DNA of 64,000 bases from Bacteroidales bacterium. Its GTDB lineage: Bacteria > Bacteroidota > Bacteroidia > Bacteroidales > FEN-979. This document shows, one piece after another, positions 7,908 through 17,241 of this stretch. The stretch covers positions 3,787-67,786 of the forward strand of contig JANXZO010000027.1 in NCBI GenBank assembly GCA_025355465.1. The letters are read 5' to 3'. The notes below the pieces were generated by a model. It saw only the letters and a program-made list of their open reading frames with translations. It had not been told where the DNA came from and made no database searches. How positions within the stretch are numbered: the first letter of the stretch is position 1; each line of letters starts with the position of its first letter. Both the position numbers and the translations under genes were made by a program.

Positions 7908-9278
7908 ATGAGATCAATTTGTTTGTATTTTCAGGTTCATCAACCATTCCGGCTCAGGACCTACCGTTTTTTCAACATTGGTAACGACCATCATTACTAT
8001 GATGACTACCAAAATCGTCACATCATTCGCAGGGTAGCTGAAAAATCTTACCTGCCGGCCAACAAGCTCATTCTGGATCTGATCCGGGAGTTTGGCAGCG
8101 CCTTCCGGGTGAGCTTTTCCATATCCGGTACCGCGCTGGAACAGATGGAGATGTATGTGCCCGAAGTGATCCAGAGCTTTCGAAGACTTGCGGAGACAGG
8201 TCAGGTTGAGTTTCTTGCAGAAACATATGCCCACTCACTCTCCGCGCTTGGTAACAAGGACGAGTTTTACAGGCAAGTCGAACTTCACCGGAATAAAGTT
8301 GAGCAACTGTTCGGTTATAAACCAACCACCTTCAGAAATACGGAACTGATCTATTCAGACCGCATCGGCGAGATGGTTGCCGACATGGGATTCCACACCA
8401 TGATGACCGAAGGTGCCAAACATGTATTGGGATGGAAAAGTCCGAACTTCATGTACTGCAATAATATCAACCCGAAACTGAAAGTGTTGCTTCGGAACTT
8501 CCGTCTTAGCGACGATCTTACCTTCAGGTTCTCAAGCCATGAATGGTCGGAATGGCCACTTACAGCCGAGAAATTCGTATATTGGCTCAATGCCATCGAC
8601 GCCAGGGAAGAGGTTGTTAATCTTTTTCTTGATTATGAAACACTTGGCGAACATCAATGGAAAGAAACGGGTATTTTTGATTTCTTCAAACATCTTCCGG
8701 CCACAGTTTTTGCAAAGTCGGATTTTACCTTTGGCAACCCCGAAGCGTTGTATAATACTCTCCAGCCAGTCTCCGCAATCTCTGTTCCTCATCCCATTTC
8801 CTGGGCTGATGAAGAGCGCGACCTCACTGCATGGCTGGGCAATGAACTGCAGGATGAAGCATTTGCCAAACTCTATGCCTGTTCACAAAAGGTGGCCCGT
8901 TGCACCGATTTACAGATTCAGAAAGACTGGCTTTTTCTCCAGACAAGTAACCACTTTTATTACATGTGCACCAAATGGTTCTCGTCTGGCGAGGTTCATA
9001 AATATTTCAACCCATACGGATCCCCCTATGAAGCCTTCATCAACTTTATGAATGTACTTTCCGATTTCATCATCAGGGTTGACGATGCCGTTGCAGCTGA
9101 GTTGACGGTTAGTATGGTTCCTGATTCAGTACCTGATCCGAAACCCCTGAAGACAAAAAAAACCACCGCCAAGGCAAAACCAGCAGCCAAAGCAAAACCG
9201 GCGGCAAAAGCTAAACCAGCAGCCAAAGCAAAACCTGCAGCCAAGGCACAAAAGAAAAGCAGTAAATCTTCCAAATAA
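7908..9278 (+). CDS. GH57-family glycoside hydrolase (alpha-amylase / glucan-active) with lysine/alanine/proline repeat tail
   Basis: N-terminal CLYFQVHQPFRLR motif and the LDYETLGEH region are typical of GH57. The last ~45 aa are LKTKKTTAKAKPAAKAKPAAKAKPAAKAKPAAKAQKKSSKSSK. Confidence 0.8.
   Translation: MRSICLYFQVHQPFRLRTYRFFNIGNDHHYYDDYQNRHIIRRVAEKSYLPANKLILDLIREFGSAFRVSFSISGTALEQMEMYVPEVIQSFRRLAETGQVEFLAETYAHSLSALGNKDEFYRQVELHRNKVEQLFGYKPTTFRNTELIYSDRIGEMVADMGFHTMMTEGAKHVLGWKSPNFMYCNNINPKLKVLLRNFRLSDDLTFRFSSHEWSEWPLTAEKFVYWLNAIDAREEVVNLFLDYETLGEHQWKETGIFDFFKHLPATVFAKSDFTFGNPEALYNTLQPVSAISVPHPISWADEERDLTAWLGNELQDEAFAKLYACSQKVARCTDLQIQKDWLFLQTSNHFYYMCTKWFSSGEVHKYFNPYGSPYEAFINFMNVLSDFIIRVDDAVAAELTVSMVPDSVPDPKPLKTKKTTAKAKPAAKAKPAAKAKPAAKAKPAAKAQKKSSKSSK
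9168..9250 (+). repeat. About 4.5 x 18-bp in-frame tandem repeat encoding (AKAKPA)n
   Basis: The sequence reads gcc aag gca aaa cca gca / gcc aaa gca aaa ccg gcg / gca aaa gct aaa cca gca / gcc aaa gca aaa cct gca / gcc aag gca. It is preceded by an A8 run at 9155-9162. Confidence 0.9.
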
Positions 9279-9286
9279 CGCACAGC

Positions 9287-12200
9287 ATGAAAGAGAATCC
9301 CATACTGATTCCCGATTACCTTTTCGAAACAAGCTGGGAAGTTTGTAACAAAGTAAGCGGGATCCACACGGTTGTTTCTACCAAGGCGAAGACTTTAACG
9401 GATGAACTTAAGGACAACTACATTCTGATTGGACCCAATGTATGGAAGGAGACCCATCAGAATCCTGAATTTATTGAGGATAAATCACTGTTCAAAGATT
9501 GGCGGGAAAAGGCCGAAAGCGAAGGCCTTGCTGTAAAGATCGGACGATGGAACATCAGTGGAAAGCCTATTGTGATACTGGTAGACTTCACCCCGTATTT
9601 TGCAGAAAAGGACAAGATATTTGCCCATCTCTGGGAAAGCTATAAACTCGACTCACTGAGCGGTGGATGGGATTATGTGGAGCCGGCCTTGTTCGGCCAC
9701 GCCGCTGGCATTGTGATCGAGAGCTTCTACAACTTCAACCTTTCTCACCACGACAAAATTATTGCCCAGTTCCATGAATGGATGACCGGAACCGCCGTGC
9801 TTCATCTCAAAGAACATGTTCCGCAGATTGGCACCGTTTTCACAACACACGGTACGGTAATAGGACGAAGTATTGCGAGTCACGGCCTTCCGCTCTACAA
9901 AAATCTGGAAAATTACAATGGAGAGACGATTGCCGGCCAATTCGGTGTCATGGCCAAGTTCTCGCTCGAAAAGCTTGCAGCGGAAGAGGCAGACACCTTC
10001 ACAACCCTAAGTGCCATAACCAACAATGAATGCCTGCAGTTCCTGGGGAAAGAGGCTGACGTTCTCACACCCAATGGTTTTGATGATGCGTTCGTTCCGG
10101 TGAAAGAGGCCTATTTCGAAAAACGTGCCACTGCACGACAGAAGATTTTCGAAGTTGGTGCTGCACTCACGGGACAACAACTCCCAAAAGAAAGTATCCT
10201 TGTTTTGAACAGTGGCAGGTATGAATTTCACAATAAAGGGTTCGATCTGTTTATTGATGCCATGGGGGTCCTGAATAAAGAACCGAAACTGCAAACCACT
10301 GTGGTTGCGTTGATTGCGGTGCCATCCAACCAGTATGGCCCGCGGAAGGAACTCATCGAGCGGCTTACGCAACAGAATGCCTCAGCTCCCCACAAAGAAG
10401 AGTGCCTCACACATTCCTTACCGGAACCTGAGAATGATCTCATCCTTCGGAGGATTAAGGAAAGGGGATTACTTAACCGGCCAGAAGATAAAGTGAAGAT
10501 CATCTATACGCCGACCTACCTTACCGGGTCAGACGGAGTTTTTAATCTGACCTACTACGATCTGCTGGTAGGATTTGATGGTTCGGTTTATCCGTCCTAC
10601 TATGAGCCATGGGGTTTTTCACCGCTCGAAAGTCTTGCATTTCATATTCCCACCATCACCACCTCAGTGTCGGGTTTTGGGCAGTGGATCAAATCACTTT
10701 TCCCGAATCTCAGAGATTGTACGACGGTTATCGACCGCGACGATGACAACGATGACGAAGTAGTTGCAGCCATCGTCAAGAATATCGTTGGTTGCAGCCT
10801 GAAGCAGGAAAAGGATATCGTGAAGGCGCGCATCAAGGCGTTTGAGATTTCACGATCAGCATTGTGGAAAAACCTTGTTGTTCACTATCATGAAGCCTAT
10901 TCCCTGGCGTTGGAAGAATCTGGTGCCCGTGCTGAATTGTATGCCGGGAAGCAACCGCAGGGACTGGTAACACATATTAAAACAACCATCGATCTCAAAC
11001 CTGAATGGAAGAAGGTTCTGATCGAACAGAAGATACCTGAGAATCTCTCCTCCTTGCTTCGACTGGCCAAAAATATCTGGTGGTCATGGAATTATGAAGG
11101 CTCCGAGCTGTTTGAAACGATCAACAAAGACCGCTGGTATGAATTCAAATTCAACCCGATCGCCCTCATTGAATCACTCTCGTACCAGGAGTTGCAGGAC
11201 CTTAGTGTAAATGAGAAGTTTGTAAACAAACTGCACAAGGTAACCGCCAAATTTGATGCTTACATGGCCAAAGCTTCCGAAAAGCCCAAAAATCAGGTTG
11301 CTTACTTCAGCATGGAATTCGGATTGCATGATACCATTAAAATATTTTCAGGCGGGCTTGGTATGCTCGCCGGCGACTACCTTAAGGAGGCCAGCGATTC
11401 GAACGCTAACCTGGTAGGTGTTGGACTTCTTTACCGTTATGGATATTTTACGCAAAGCCTCTCCCTCTTCGGTGATCAGATTGCCTCCCTGCCACCCCAG
11501 AAATTCACGCACCTGCCTTTGATTCCTATTCGCGATGAGCAGGGGAACTGGCTGAAAGTGACTTTCGCTCTTCCGGGTCGTACCTTGTATGCAAAAGTTT
11601 GGCGGGTGGATGTCGGACGGATTCCACTTTACCTGATGGATACTGATATTGATGAGAATCAGGAGGCCGACCGCAGCGTGACCCACCAGCTATATGGTGG
11701 CGATCTGGAAAACCGTCTGCGCCAGGAACTTTTGCTGGGGATCGGTGGAATTCGCCTGCTGGACGCACTTAATCTCAACCCGGACGTGTTTCACAGCAAT
11801 GAAGGACATTCTGCGTTTATTGGACTGGAGCGTCTCAGGAAGCTGATTGAAATTGAAAAGCTTACCTTCCTTCAGGCACTGGAGGTAGTTCGTGCCTCAA
11901 CATTGTTCACAACCCATACTCCCGTACCTGCCGGTCACGATACTTTCAACGAGGACCTGCTTCGTGTTTACCTTTCCCATTATCCCGATCACCTGAACAT
12001 CAAATGGGATCAGTTCATGAACCTGGGAAGGATGGTTGACCACGATGCTGAGGAGAAGTTCTCGATGAGCGTCCTGGCTGCCAAACTTTCCCAGGAGATC
12101 AACGGCGTCAGCAAAATCCATGGCAGGGTTACCCGCGACATGTTTGTGAAGTTATATCCCGGATTTTATGCAAAGGAATTACATATCGGATATGTGACAA

Positions 12201-13534
12201 ATGGGGTGCATCTGCCTACCTGGACTGCCAAATCGTGGCAGCAGCTATACAGCAAAGAGTTTGGAGAGGGTTACATGGACGACCAGTCCAATCCTGCATA
12301 CTGGGCGAAAATACACAACGTGGATGACGAAACCATTTGGAAGACAAAGCTGAAACAGAAAGATCAGATGACCGAGTATTTGCTTCAGCGGCTATATGGC
12401 GACATGACCAGACGTCACGAGAACCCTAAACTTATTTTTAAGATGAGGGAATCAGCCAATCCGAAAGCCCTCACGATCGGCTTTGCAAGAAGGTTTGCCA
12501 CCTACAAACGGGCACACCTGCTTTTCAGCAACCTCGACCGGCTTTCACGCATTGTAAACAACAAAAAGGCTCCGGTTCAGTTCGTCTTTGCCGGGAAAGC
12601 GCACCCCCATGATAAGGCTGGGCAGGATCTCATCAAGCGGATCTTCGAAATCGCAAGGATGCCTGAATTTATCGGAAAGGTTGTCTTTATTGAAAACTAT
12701 GACATGGAATTGGCCAAGTACCTGATCAAGGGTGTCGATATTTGGCTCAACACCCCAACACGGCCACTCGAGGCATCCGGTACAAGCGGTGAAAAAGCCG
12801 TTATGAATGGTGTTGTCAATTTCAGTGTGCTCGATGGCTGGTGGGCTGAAGGTTATCGGCCAAATGCCGGGTGGGCACTTCAGGAGGAACCTACCTATGA
12901 TAATTCACAGTTCCAGGATGAACTTGATGCCGAAATAATCTATTCAATTCTTGAAGAAGAGATTGTTCCGATATACTATGAGCTGAATTCACACAACGTG
13001 CCGGTGAGATGGGTCTCCTACATAAAAAATACCATCTCGGAAATCGCTCCTCATTTTACCATGAAAAGGCAGCTCGATGATTATATCCGCCAGTATTATA
13101 ATCCGTTGTTTAAGCGCTCACACCTGATGACAGCCAAGAATTACGAGATGGCTCGTCATATTGCAAGCTGGAAAAGGAAAGTGATAAGAGGATGGGACAA
13201 AATCAGCGTGGTTTCTGTAGCCATACCCGACTCCAACCATAAGCCTCTGTCGCTGGGTGAGTCATTCAAGGCCGAAATTGTTCTTGAGCTCAATGATCTT
13301 ACCGGCTCCGATCTTGGCATTGAGGTGTTGTTTGGAAAAAAGGTGAATGATGAGGTAAAGGAGCCTACATTCATTGAAGAAATGACCATGGTGAAGAACG
13401 AAAAGAATTTCGTGACTTTTGCCTGCGACATTCCAATCAATCAGGCCGGGGTGCATGATTTTGTCTTCCGGCTATTTCCTAAAAGTCCGCTATTGCCACA
13501 TCGTCAGGATTTTAGTCTCGTGAAGTGGATGTAA
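9287..13534 (+). CDS. Fusion protein: GT3-type glycogen synthase (N-terminal ~545 aa) + GT35 alpha-glucan phosphorylase (C-terminal ~840 aa)
   Basis: The N-terminus LFETSWEVCNKVSGIHTVVSTKA resembles eukaryotic/GT3 glycogen synthases. From about aa 575 the DUF3417-like segment (LRLAKNIWWSWNYEGSELFETINKDRW) is followed by a phosphorylase core (FSGGLGMLAGDYLKEASD, HSNEGHSAF, PLEASGTSGEKAVMNG). It is one uninterrupted 1415-aa frame. Confidence 0.8.
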   Translation: MKENPILIPDYLFETSWEVCNKVSGIHTVVSTKAKTLTDELKDNYILIGPNVWKETHQNPEFIEDKSLFKDWREKAESEGLAVKIGRWNISGKPIVILVDFTPYFAEKDKIFAHLWESYKLDSLSGGWDYVEPALFGHAAGIVIESFYNFNLSHHDKIIAQFHEWMTGTAVLHLKEHVPQIGTVFTTHGTVIGRSIASHGLPLYKNLENYNGETIAGQFGVMAKFSLEKLAAEEADTFTTLSAITNNECLQFLGKEADVLTPNGFDDAFVPVKEAYFEKRATARQKIFEVGAALTGQQLPKESILVLNSGRYEFHNKGFDLFIDAMGVLNKEPKLQTTVVALIAVPSNQYGPRKELIERLTQQNASAPHKEECLTHSLPEPENDLILRRIKERGLLNRPEDKVKIIYTPTYLTGSDGVFNLTYYDLLVGFDGSVYPSYYEPWGFSPLESLAFHIPTITTSVSGFGQWIKSLFPNLRDCTTVIDRDDDNDDEVVAAIVKNIVGCSLKQEKDIVKARIKAFEISRSALWKNLVVHYHEAYSLALEESGARAELYAGKQPQGLVTHIKTTIDLKPEWKKVLIEQKIPENLSSLLRLAKNIWWSWNYEGSELFETINKDRWYEFKFNPIALIESLSYQELQDLSVNEKFVNKLHKVTAKFDAYMAKASEKPKNQVAYFSMEFGLHDTIKIFSGGLGMLAGDYLKEASDSNANLVGVGLLYRYGYFTQSLSLFGDQIASLPPQKFTHLPLIPIRDEQGNWLKVTFALPGRTLYAKVWRVDVGRIPLYLMDTDIDENQEADRSVTHQLYGGDLENRLRQELLLGIGGIRLLDALNLNPDVFHSNEGHSAFIGLERLRKLIEIEKLTFLQALEVVRASTLFTTHTPVPAGHDTFNEDLLRVYLSHYPDHLNIKWDQFMNLGRMVDHDAEEKFSMSVLAAKLSQEINGVSKIHGRVTRDMFVKLYPGFYAKELHIGYVTNGVHLPTWTAKSWQQLYSKEFGEGYMDDQSNPAYWAKIHNVDDETIWKTKLKQKDQMTEYLLQRLYGDMTRRHENPKLIFKMRESANPKALTIGFARRFATYKRAHLLFSNLDRLSRIVNNKKAPVQFVFAGKAHPHDKAGQDLIKRIFEIARMPEFIGKVVFIENYDMELAKYLIKGVDIWLNTPTRPLEASGTSGEKAVMNGVVNFSVLDGWWAEGYRPNAGWALQEEPTYDNSQFQDELDAEIIYSILEEEIVPIYYELNSHNVPVRWVSYIKNTISEIAPHFTMKRQLDDYIRQYYNPLFKRSHLMTAKNYEMARHIASWKRKVIRGWDKISVVSVAIPDSNHKPLSLGESFKAEIVLELNDLTGSDLGIEVLFGKKVNDEVKEPTFIEEMTMVKNEKNFVTFACDIPINQAGVHDFVFRLFPKSPLLPHRQDFSLVKWM

Positions 13535-13566
13535 TTAATTCTTTTTAAACAGAAATTTGAATTCAT

Positions 13567-14316
13567 ATGATAAGATTGCTAGAAGGAAAAACCGCACTTA
13601 TTACAGGTGCAAACCGGGGCATTGGAAAGTCCATTGCCTTGAAATTTGCTGAACACGGGGCAAACGTAGCTTTCTCAGATATTGCCTACAATGACGACTC
13701 CAGAACGCTTGAAGGTGAACTCTCTGCGTTTTGCATTAAGGCAAAAGGTTATGCTTCCGATGCAAGTTCATTTGCAGGGAGCGAACAATTGGTAAACATG
13801 GTGGTTGCCGATTTTCAGACGATCGATATCCTTGTGAACAACGCCGGAATAACACGGGATAACCTGCTCCTCCGAATGTCGGAAGCTGACTGGGACCTTG
13901 TCATGAACGTGAACCTCAAATCGGTGTTCAACCTTACCAAGGCGATCCAGAAATTTATGATCAAGCAACGCTTTGGTTCGATTGTGAATATGAGCTCGGT
14001 GGTTGGCGTTGAAGGTAACAGCGGGCAATCCAACTATTCTGCATCCAAAGCAGGAATTATTGGCTTTACCAAGTCGATTGCGCAGGAGCTCGGTTCCCGA
14101 AATGTACGTTGCAATGCAATAGCACCGGGGTTCATCGAAACAGAGATGACCGCAAAGATCCCGCAGGAGTTTCGCGATAACTGGATCAATGACATCCCCA
14201 TGAAACGTGCCGGTACCACCGACGATGTTGCCAATCTTGCACTCTTTCTCGCCTCCGACCTTAGTTCCTACATTACCGGACAGGTCATTACGGTGTGCGG
14301 CGGACTACATACCTGA
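13567..14316 (+). CDS. fabG: 3-oxoacyl-[ACP] reductase
   Basis: SDR with TGANRGIGKSIA, NNAGI and YSASKAG motifs. Length is 249 aa. Confidence 0.9.
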   Translation: MIRLLEGKTALITGANRGIGKSIALKFAEHGANVAFSDIAYNDDSRTLEGELSAFCIKAKGYASDASSFAGSEQLVNMVVADFQTIDILVNNAGITRDNLLLRMSEADWDLVMNVNLKSVFNLTKAIQKFMIKQRFGSIVNMSSVVGVEGNSGQSNYSASKAGIIGFTKSIAQELGSRNVRCNAIAPGFIETEMTAKIPQEFRDNWINDIPMKRAGTTDDVANLALFLASDLSSYITGQVITVCGGLHT

Positions 14317-16403
14317 TTAATCTGATTTCGTTGGAACTGGTTTCAGAATATCCGCTATGGTTCATTCTGCTTTGTCTCCTGCTTGGAGCAGGCTATGCTT
14401 TTGCGCTTTACTACAGAGCCCGAAATCAGGAGGTTGAACTATGGCTCAGGGGACTGATGGCCGGTTTCCGGTTTTTATCGGTGTCCATTATCGCCTTCCT
14501 TTTGCTTTCGCCACTGGTAAAGCGGACCTCGGAAAAGATCGAGAAGCCGGTGATCATTCTGGGTGTTGACAATTCCGGTTCAATGGTCTTAACCGCCGAT
14601 TCACAGTCCTGCCGAAACACCCTTCCGGCGGAAGTGAACCGATTGGCGGACCAGTTACAGAAGAAATATGACGTGAAGACCTATTCTTTCGGCGATCGTG
14701 TGTCTTCAGGATTTGCTGGCACCTTCAGCGACAAGCAGACCGACATTTCTGATTTTTTAAAGGAGGTTGAAAGCCGTTATTCGAACAGAAATGTCGGTGC
14801 CATGATTCTTATTACCGATGGGATCTACAATACAGGAACCGACCCTTTCTATGCTGCCAGACGGATTCCGTTTCCCATCTACACGGTTGCACTGGGCGAT
14901 ACGACCGTGCGGAAAGATATCATCCTGAAAAAGGTTATCTATAACAAATCGGTTTTTATCGGCGACAACTTCCCGGTGGAGGCGCTTGTTGAGATGGACA
15001 AATGTTCCGGGCTAACGGCCAGGGTGAAAGTAACCCGGGGGGAGAAGGTGGTGTATTCCGGCGAAGTAAAGGCGGGCAATGACCATACCTTGCAGAAGGT
15101 GAACTTTATTCTGGAGGCTAAATCAGCCGGGTTGCAACGCTACACTATTCAGGCCGATGTAATCGACGGCGAAACCAATAGGGTGAACAACCGGCAGGAT
15201 TTTTTTGTGGAGGTGATGAATGCACGGCAAAAGGTGGCGATTCTGTATGATGCTCCGCATCCCGACATCAGCGCTCTTGAACAGGCTCTTGCCTCATCTT
15301 CATGTTTTGAAGTCTCGTCATTTAAAACGGATGTTTTCAATGACCCGCCTGCGAAATTCGACTTGGTTATTCTCAACCAACTACCCTCCGTCACCGCCAT
15401 TTACAACCTTGGCGAGCTCATGAAATCTCCGGTATCGTTGCTCTTCATAATTGGAGCAAGAACCGATATCAACGCTTTTAATAACCTGAAAACGGGATTG
15501 ATTATCAACTCAGCGAGAACTGAATATTCTGATGCGCTACCTGCTTATAATGCTGCATTTTCCATTTTTTCAATTTCGCAGGATGCCCTGCCGATATACC
15601 GGGAGTGGCCGCCGCTGCTCAGCCCTTTTGGAGCCTATCAGTCGGGCCCGTTGGCTGAAGTGCTTTTTTATCAGCAGATTGGAAATGTAACGACACGTAC
15701 CCCGCTGATCTCGTTCCTTAACAATCCTTCAAAAAAAATTGGCATCATCGCTGGCGAAAATATCTGGAGATGGAGAATTTCCAACTTTGTTCAGAAAGGA
15801 GATCACAAAAGTTTCGACGAACTGTTCGATAAAATCGTTCAGTACCTGGCAGTGAAAGAAGATAAGAGTCTCTTCCTCCTCAGCGTGAATCCAAAATTTA
15901 ACGAGAATGAACCGGTGGAAATGGATGCGGTCGTACTGAACCCATCGTATGAAATGGTGAATGACCAGGATGTAAATATCACGATCACCGATGAGCGGAA
16001 AAACAATTATCCATTTGTCTTCAGCAAATCCGATAAATCGTACTTCCTGAAAGCTGGACTTTTTCCTGTCGGAAATTACACATTCAAGGCCACGGCATTA
16101 CAGGGCAAGATCACCCATACCCGCACAGGCAGTTTTACGGTGCTACCGCTGAATACGGAGTCAATGAACCTTGTAGCCGATCATGTACTTCTTAAACGGA
16201 TTTCCGTTGCACATGGTGCAGAGATGGTCAACTTAAAACAGATGCCGGATCTTGCTGCCAAACTGGCTGACAGGGAAGACATCCATTCTGTTTCTTATAC
16301 CGAAAACCGGCTCTCCGACCTGATCGGCGTACCATGGATATTCCTTCTGATTCTGGGTTTGCTTACAACTGAATGGGTGTTGCGCAAGCGGAACGGCATC
16401 TGA
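14295..16403 (+). CDS. Membrane-anchored von Willebrand factor A (vWA) domain protein, function unknown
   Basis: N-terminal TM helices, a MIDAS-like VIILGVDNSGSM segment, and a C-terminal TM helix plus RKRNGI. The track start is GTG and overlaps the fabG end by 22 nt. An in-frame TTG at 14331 is an alternative start, so the start is uncertain. Confidence 0.65.
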   Translation: MRRTTYLINLISLELVSEYPLWFILLCLLLGAGYAFALYYRARNQEVELWLRGLMAGFRFLSVSIIAFLLLSPLVKRTSEKIEKPVIILGVDNSGSMVLTADSQSCRNTLPAEVNRLADQLQKKYDVKTYSFGDRVSSGFAGTFSDKQTDISDFLKEVESRYSNRNVGAMILITDGIYNTGTDPFYAARRIPFPIYTVALGDTTVRKDIILKKVIYNKSVFIGDNFPVEALVEMDKCSGLTARVKVTRGEKVVYSGEVKAGNDHTLQKVNFILEAKSAGLQRYTIQADVIDGETNRVNNRQDFFVEVMNARQKVAILYDAPHPDISALEQALASSSCFEVSSFKTDVFNDPPAKFDLVILNQLPSVTAIYNLGELMKSPVSLLFIIGARTDINAFNNLKTGLIINSARTEYSDALPAYNAAFSIFSISQDALPIYREWPPLLSPFGAYQSGPLAEVLFYQQIGNVTTRTPLISFLNNPSKKIGIIAGENIWRWRISNFVQKGDHKSFDELFDKIVQYLAVKEDKSLFLLSVNPKFNENEPVEMDAVVLNPSYEMVNDQDVNITITDERKNNYPFVFSKSDKSYFLKAGLFPVGNYTFKATALQGKITHTRTGSFTVLPLNTESMNLVADHVLLKRISVAHGAEMVNLKQMPDLAAKLADREDIHSVSYTENRLSDLIGVPWIFLLILGLLTTEWVLRKRNGI

Positions 16404-16410
16404 AAAAACT

Positions 16411-17241
16411 TTACAGATCCCGCTTATTCATGATCAGAAATACCATTCCGATCATCACGGAACAATAAAGCAACGGAATGCAGCTTATCCACAAACTCAC
16501 AGAATCCTGAAGGTTTAAGCCCATGAGCGTCTTCAGTACAGGAATTGCCGGATATTCCGTAACACGCAGTACAGAATTAACAGGCAGGTAAGGGGATATA
16601 CCGTTTTTAAAGACAAGCGGACTCTTCAGGAAATAATATACAACCGGCTCAACAATAAAGGTGTAGAGGGAGAACAATGCAATGGCGAGCCCTGTATTCC
16701 GCAGCATGAAGCCGAAAAAGAAGGCGAATACCTGAAAGCTGAAGATGCTGATAAAGAACCCAAGGATGAACGGAATCCTTTCGAAGACCATTCCCCAACC
16801 TGTGACCTGAGTATGTGATAGTCCGATGATGAAGGTTCCGATTGCGAGCAACACCGACATGATCAATGATATCAGGAGGATCAGCAATAATTTTGAGATC
16901 AGAAATTCAGACTTGCTCATCCCGTTGATGACATTCTGCCGGATGGTTTTAAACGTGAACTCGTTGGTGATGAGGATAATGATAATGATCGCAGGAAAGA
17001 TAAGGATGTAACGGATGGTGGCGAAAAAGGCCAGGTTCTGCCATACCCAGGGAAAGAAGTAGATCGTAACGTGAGGTAACGGAATGGGCAGGTGACGGTT
17101 CATATTGTCGACCATGTTGTTGATCATGAATTCGGCCATCAGGATGCCCGCAGAGAGGAAAATAAAATAGAGTCCGATCAGGATCCAAAACACTTTGTAG
17201 GTCAGTATCTTCCTGAATTCAATTTTAAGCAGCTTGATCAT
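16411..17241 (-). CDS. ABC-2 type transporter permease
   Basis: 276 aa, six predicted TM segments, and a 4-nt overlap with the upstream ATPase gene. Confidence 0.75.
   Translation of the reverse strand: MIKLLKIEFRKILTYKVFWILIGLYFIFLSAGILMAEFMINNMVDNMNRHLPIPLPHVTIYFFPWVWQNLAFFATIRYILIFPAIIIIILITNEFTFKTIRQNVINGMSKSEFLISKLLLILLISLIMSVLLAIGTFIIGLSHTQVTGWGMVFERIPFILGFFISIFSFQVFAFFFGFMLRNTGLAIALFSLYTFIVEPVVYYFLKSPLVFKNGISPYLPVNSVLRVTEYPAIPVLKTLMGLNLQDSVSLWISCIPLLYCSVMIGMVFLIMNKRDL

Noticed and set aside
6580-9250. The short tandem repeats (6580-6614, 9168-9250 and 3037-3068) as possible CRISPR arrays.
   Set aside because: The units are 7-18 bp and contiguous, with no spacers. One is in-frame coding sequence. 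No cas genes are present.
9026-9367. Minus-strand ORFs with AAGFALAAGLAFAAG repeats.
   Set aside because: They mirror the (AKAKPA)n coding repeat of the GH57 tail. The repeat keeps the antisense frame open, so they are not independent genes.
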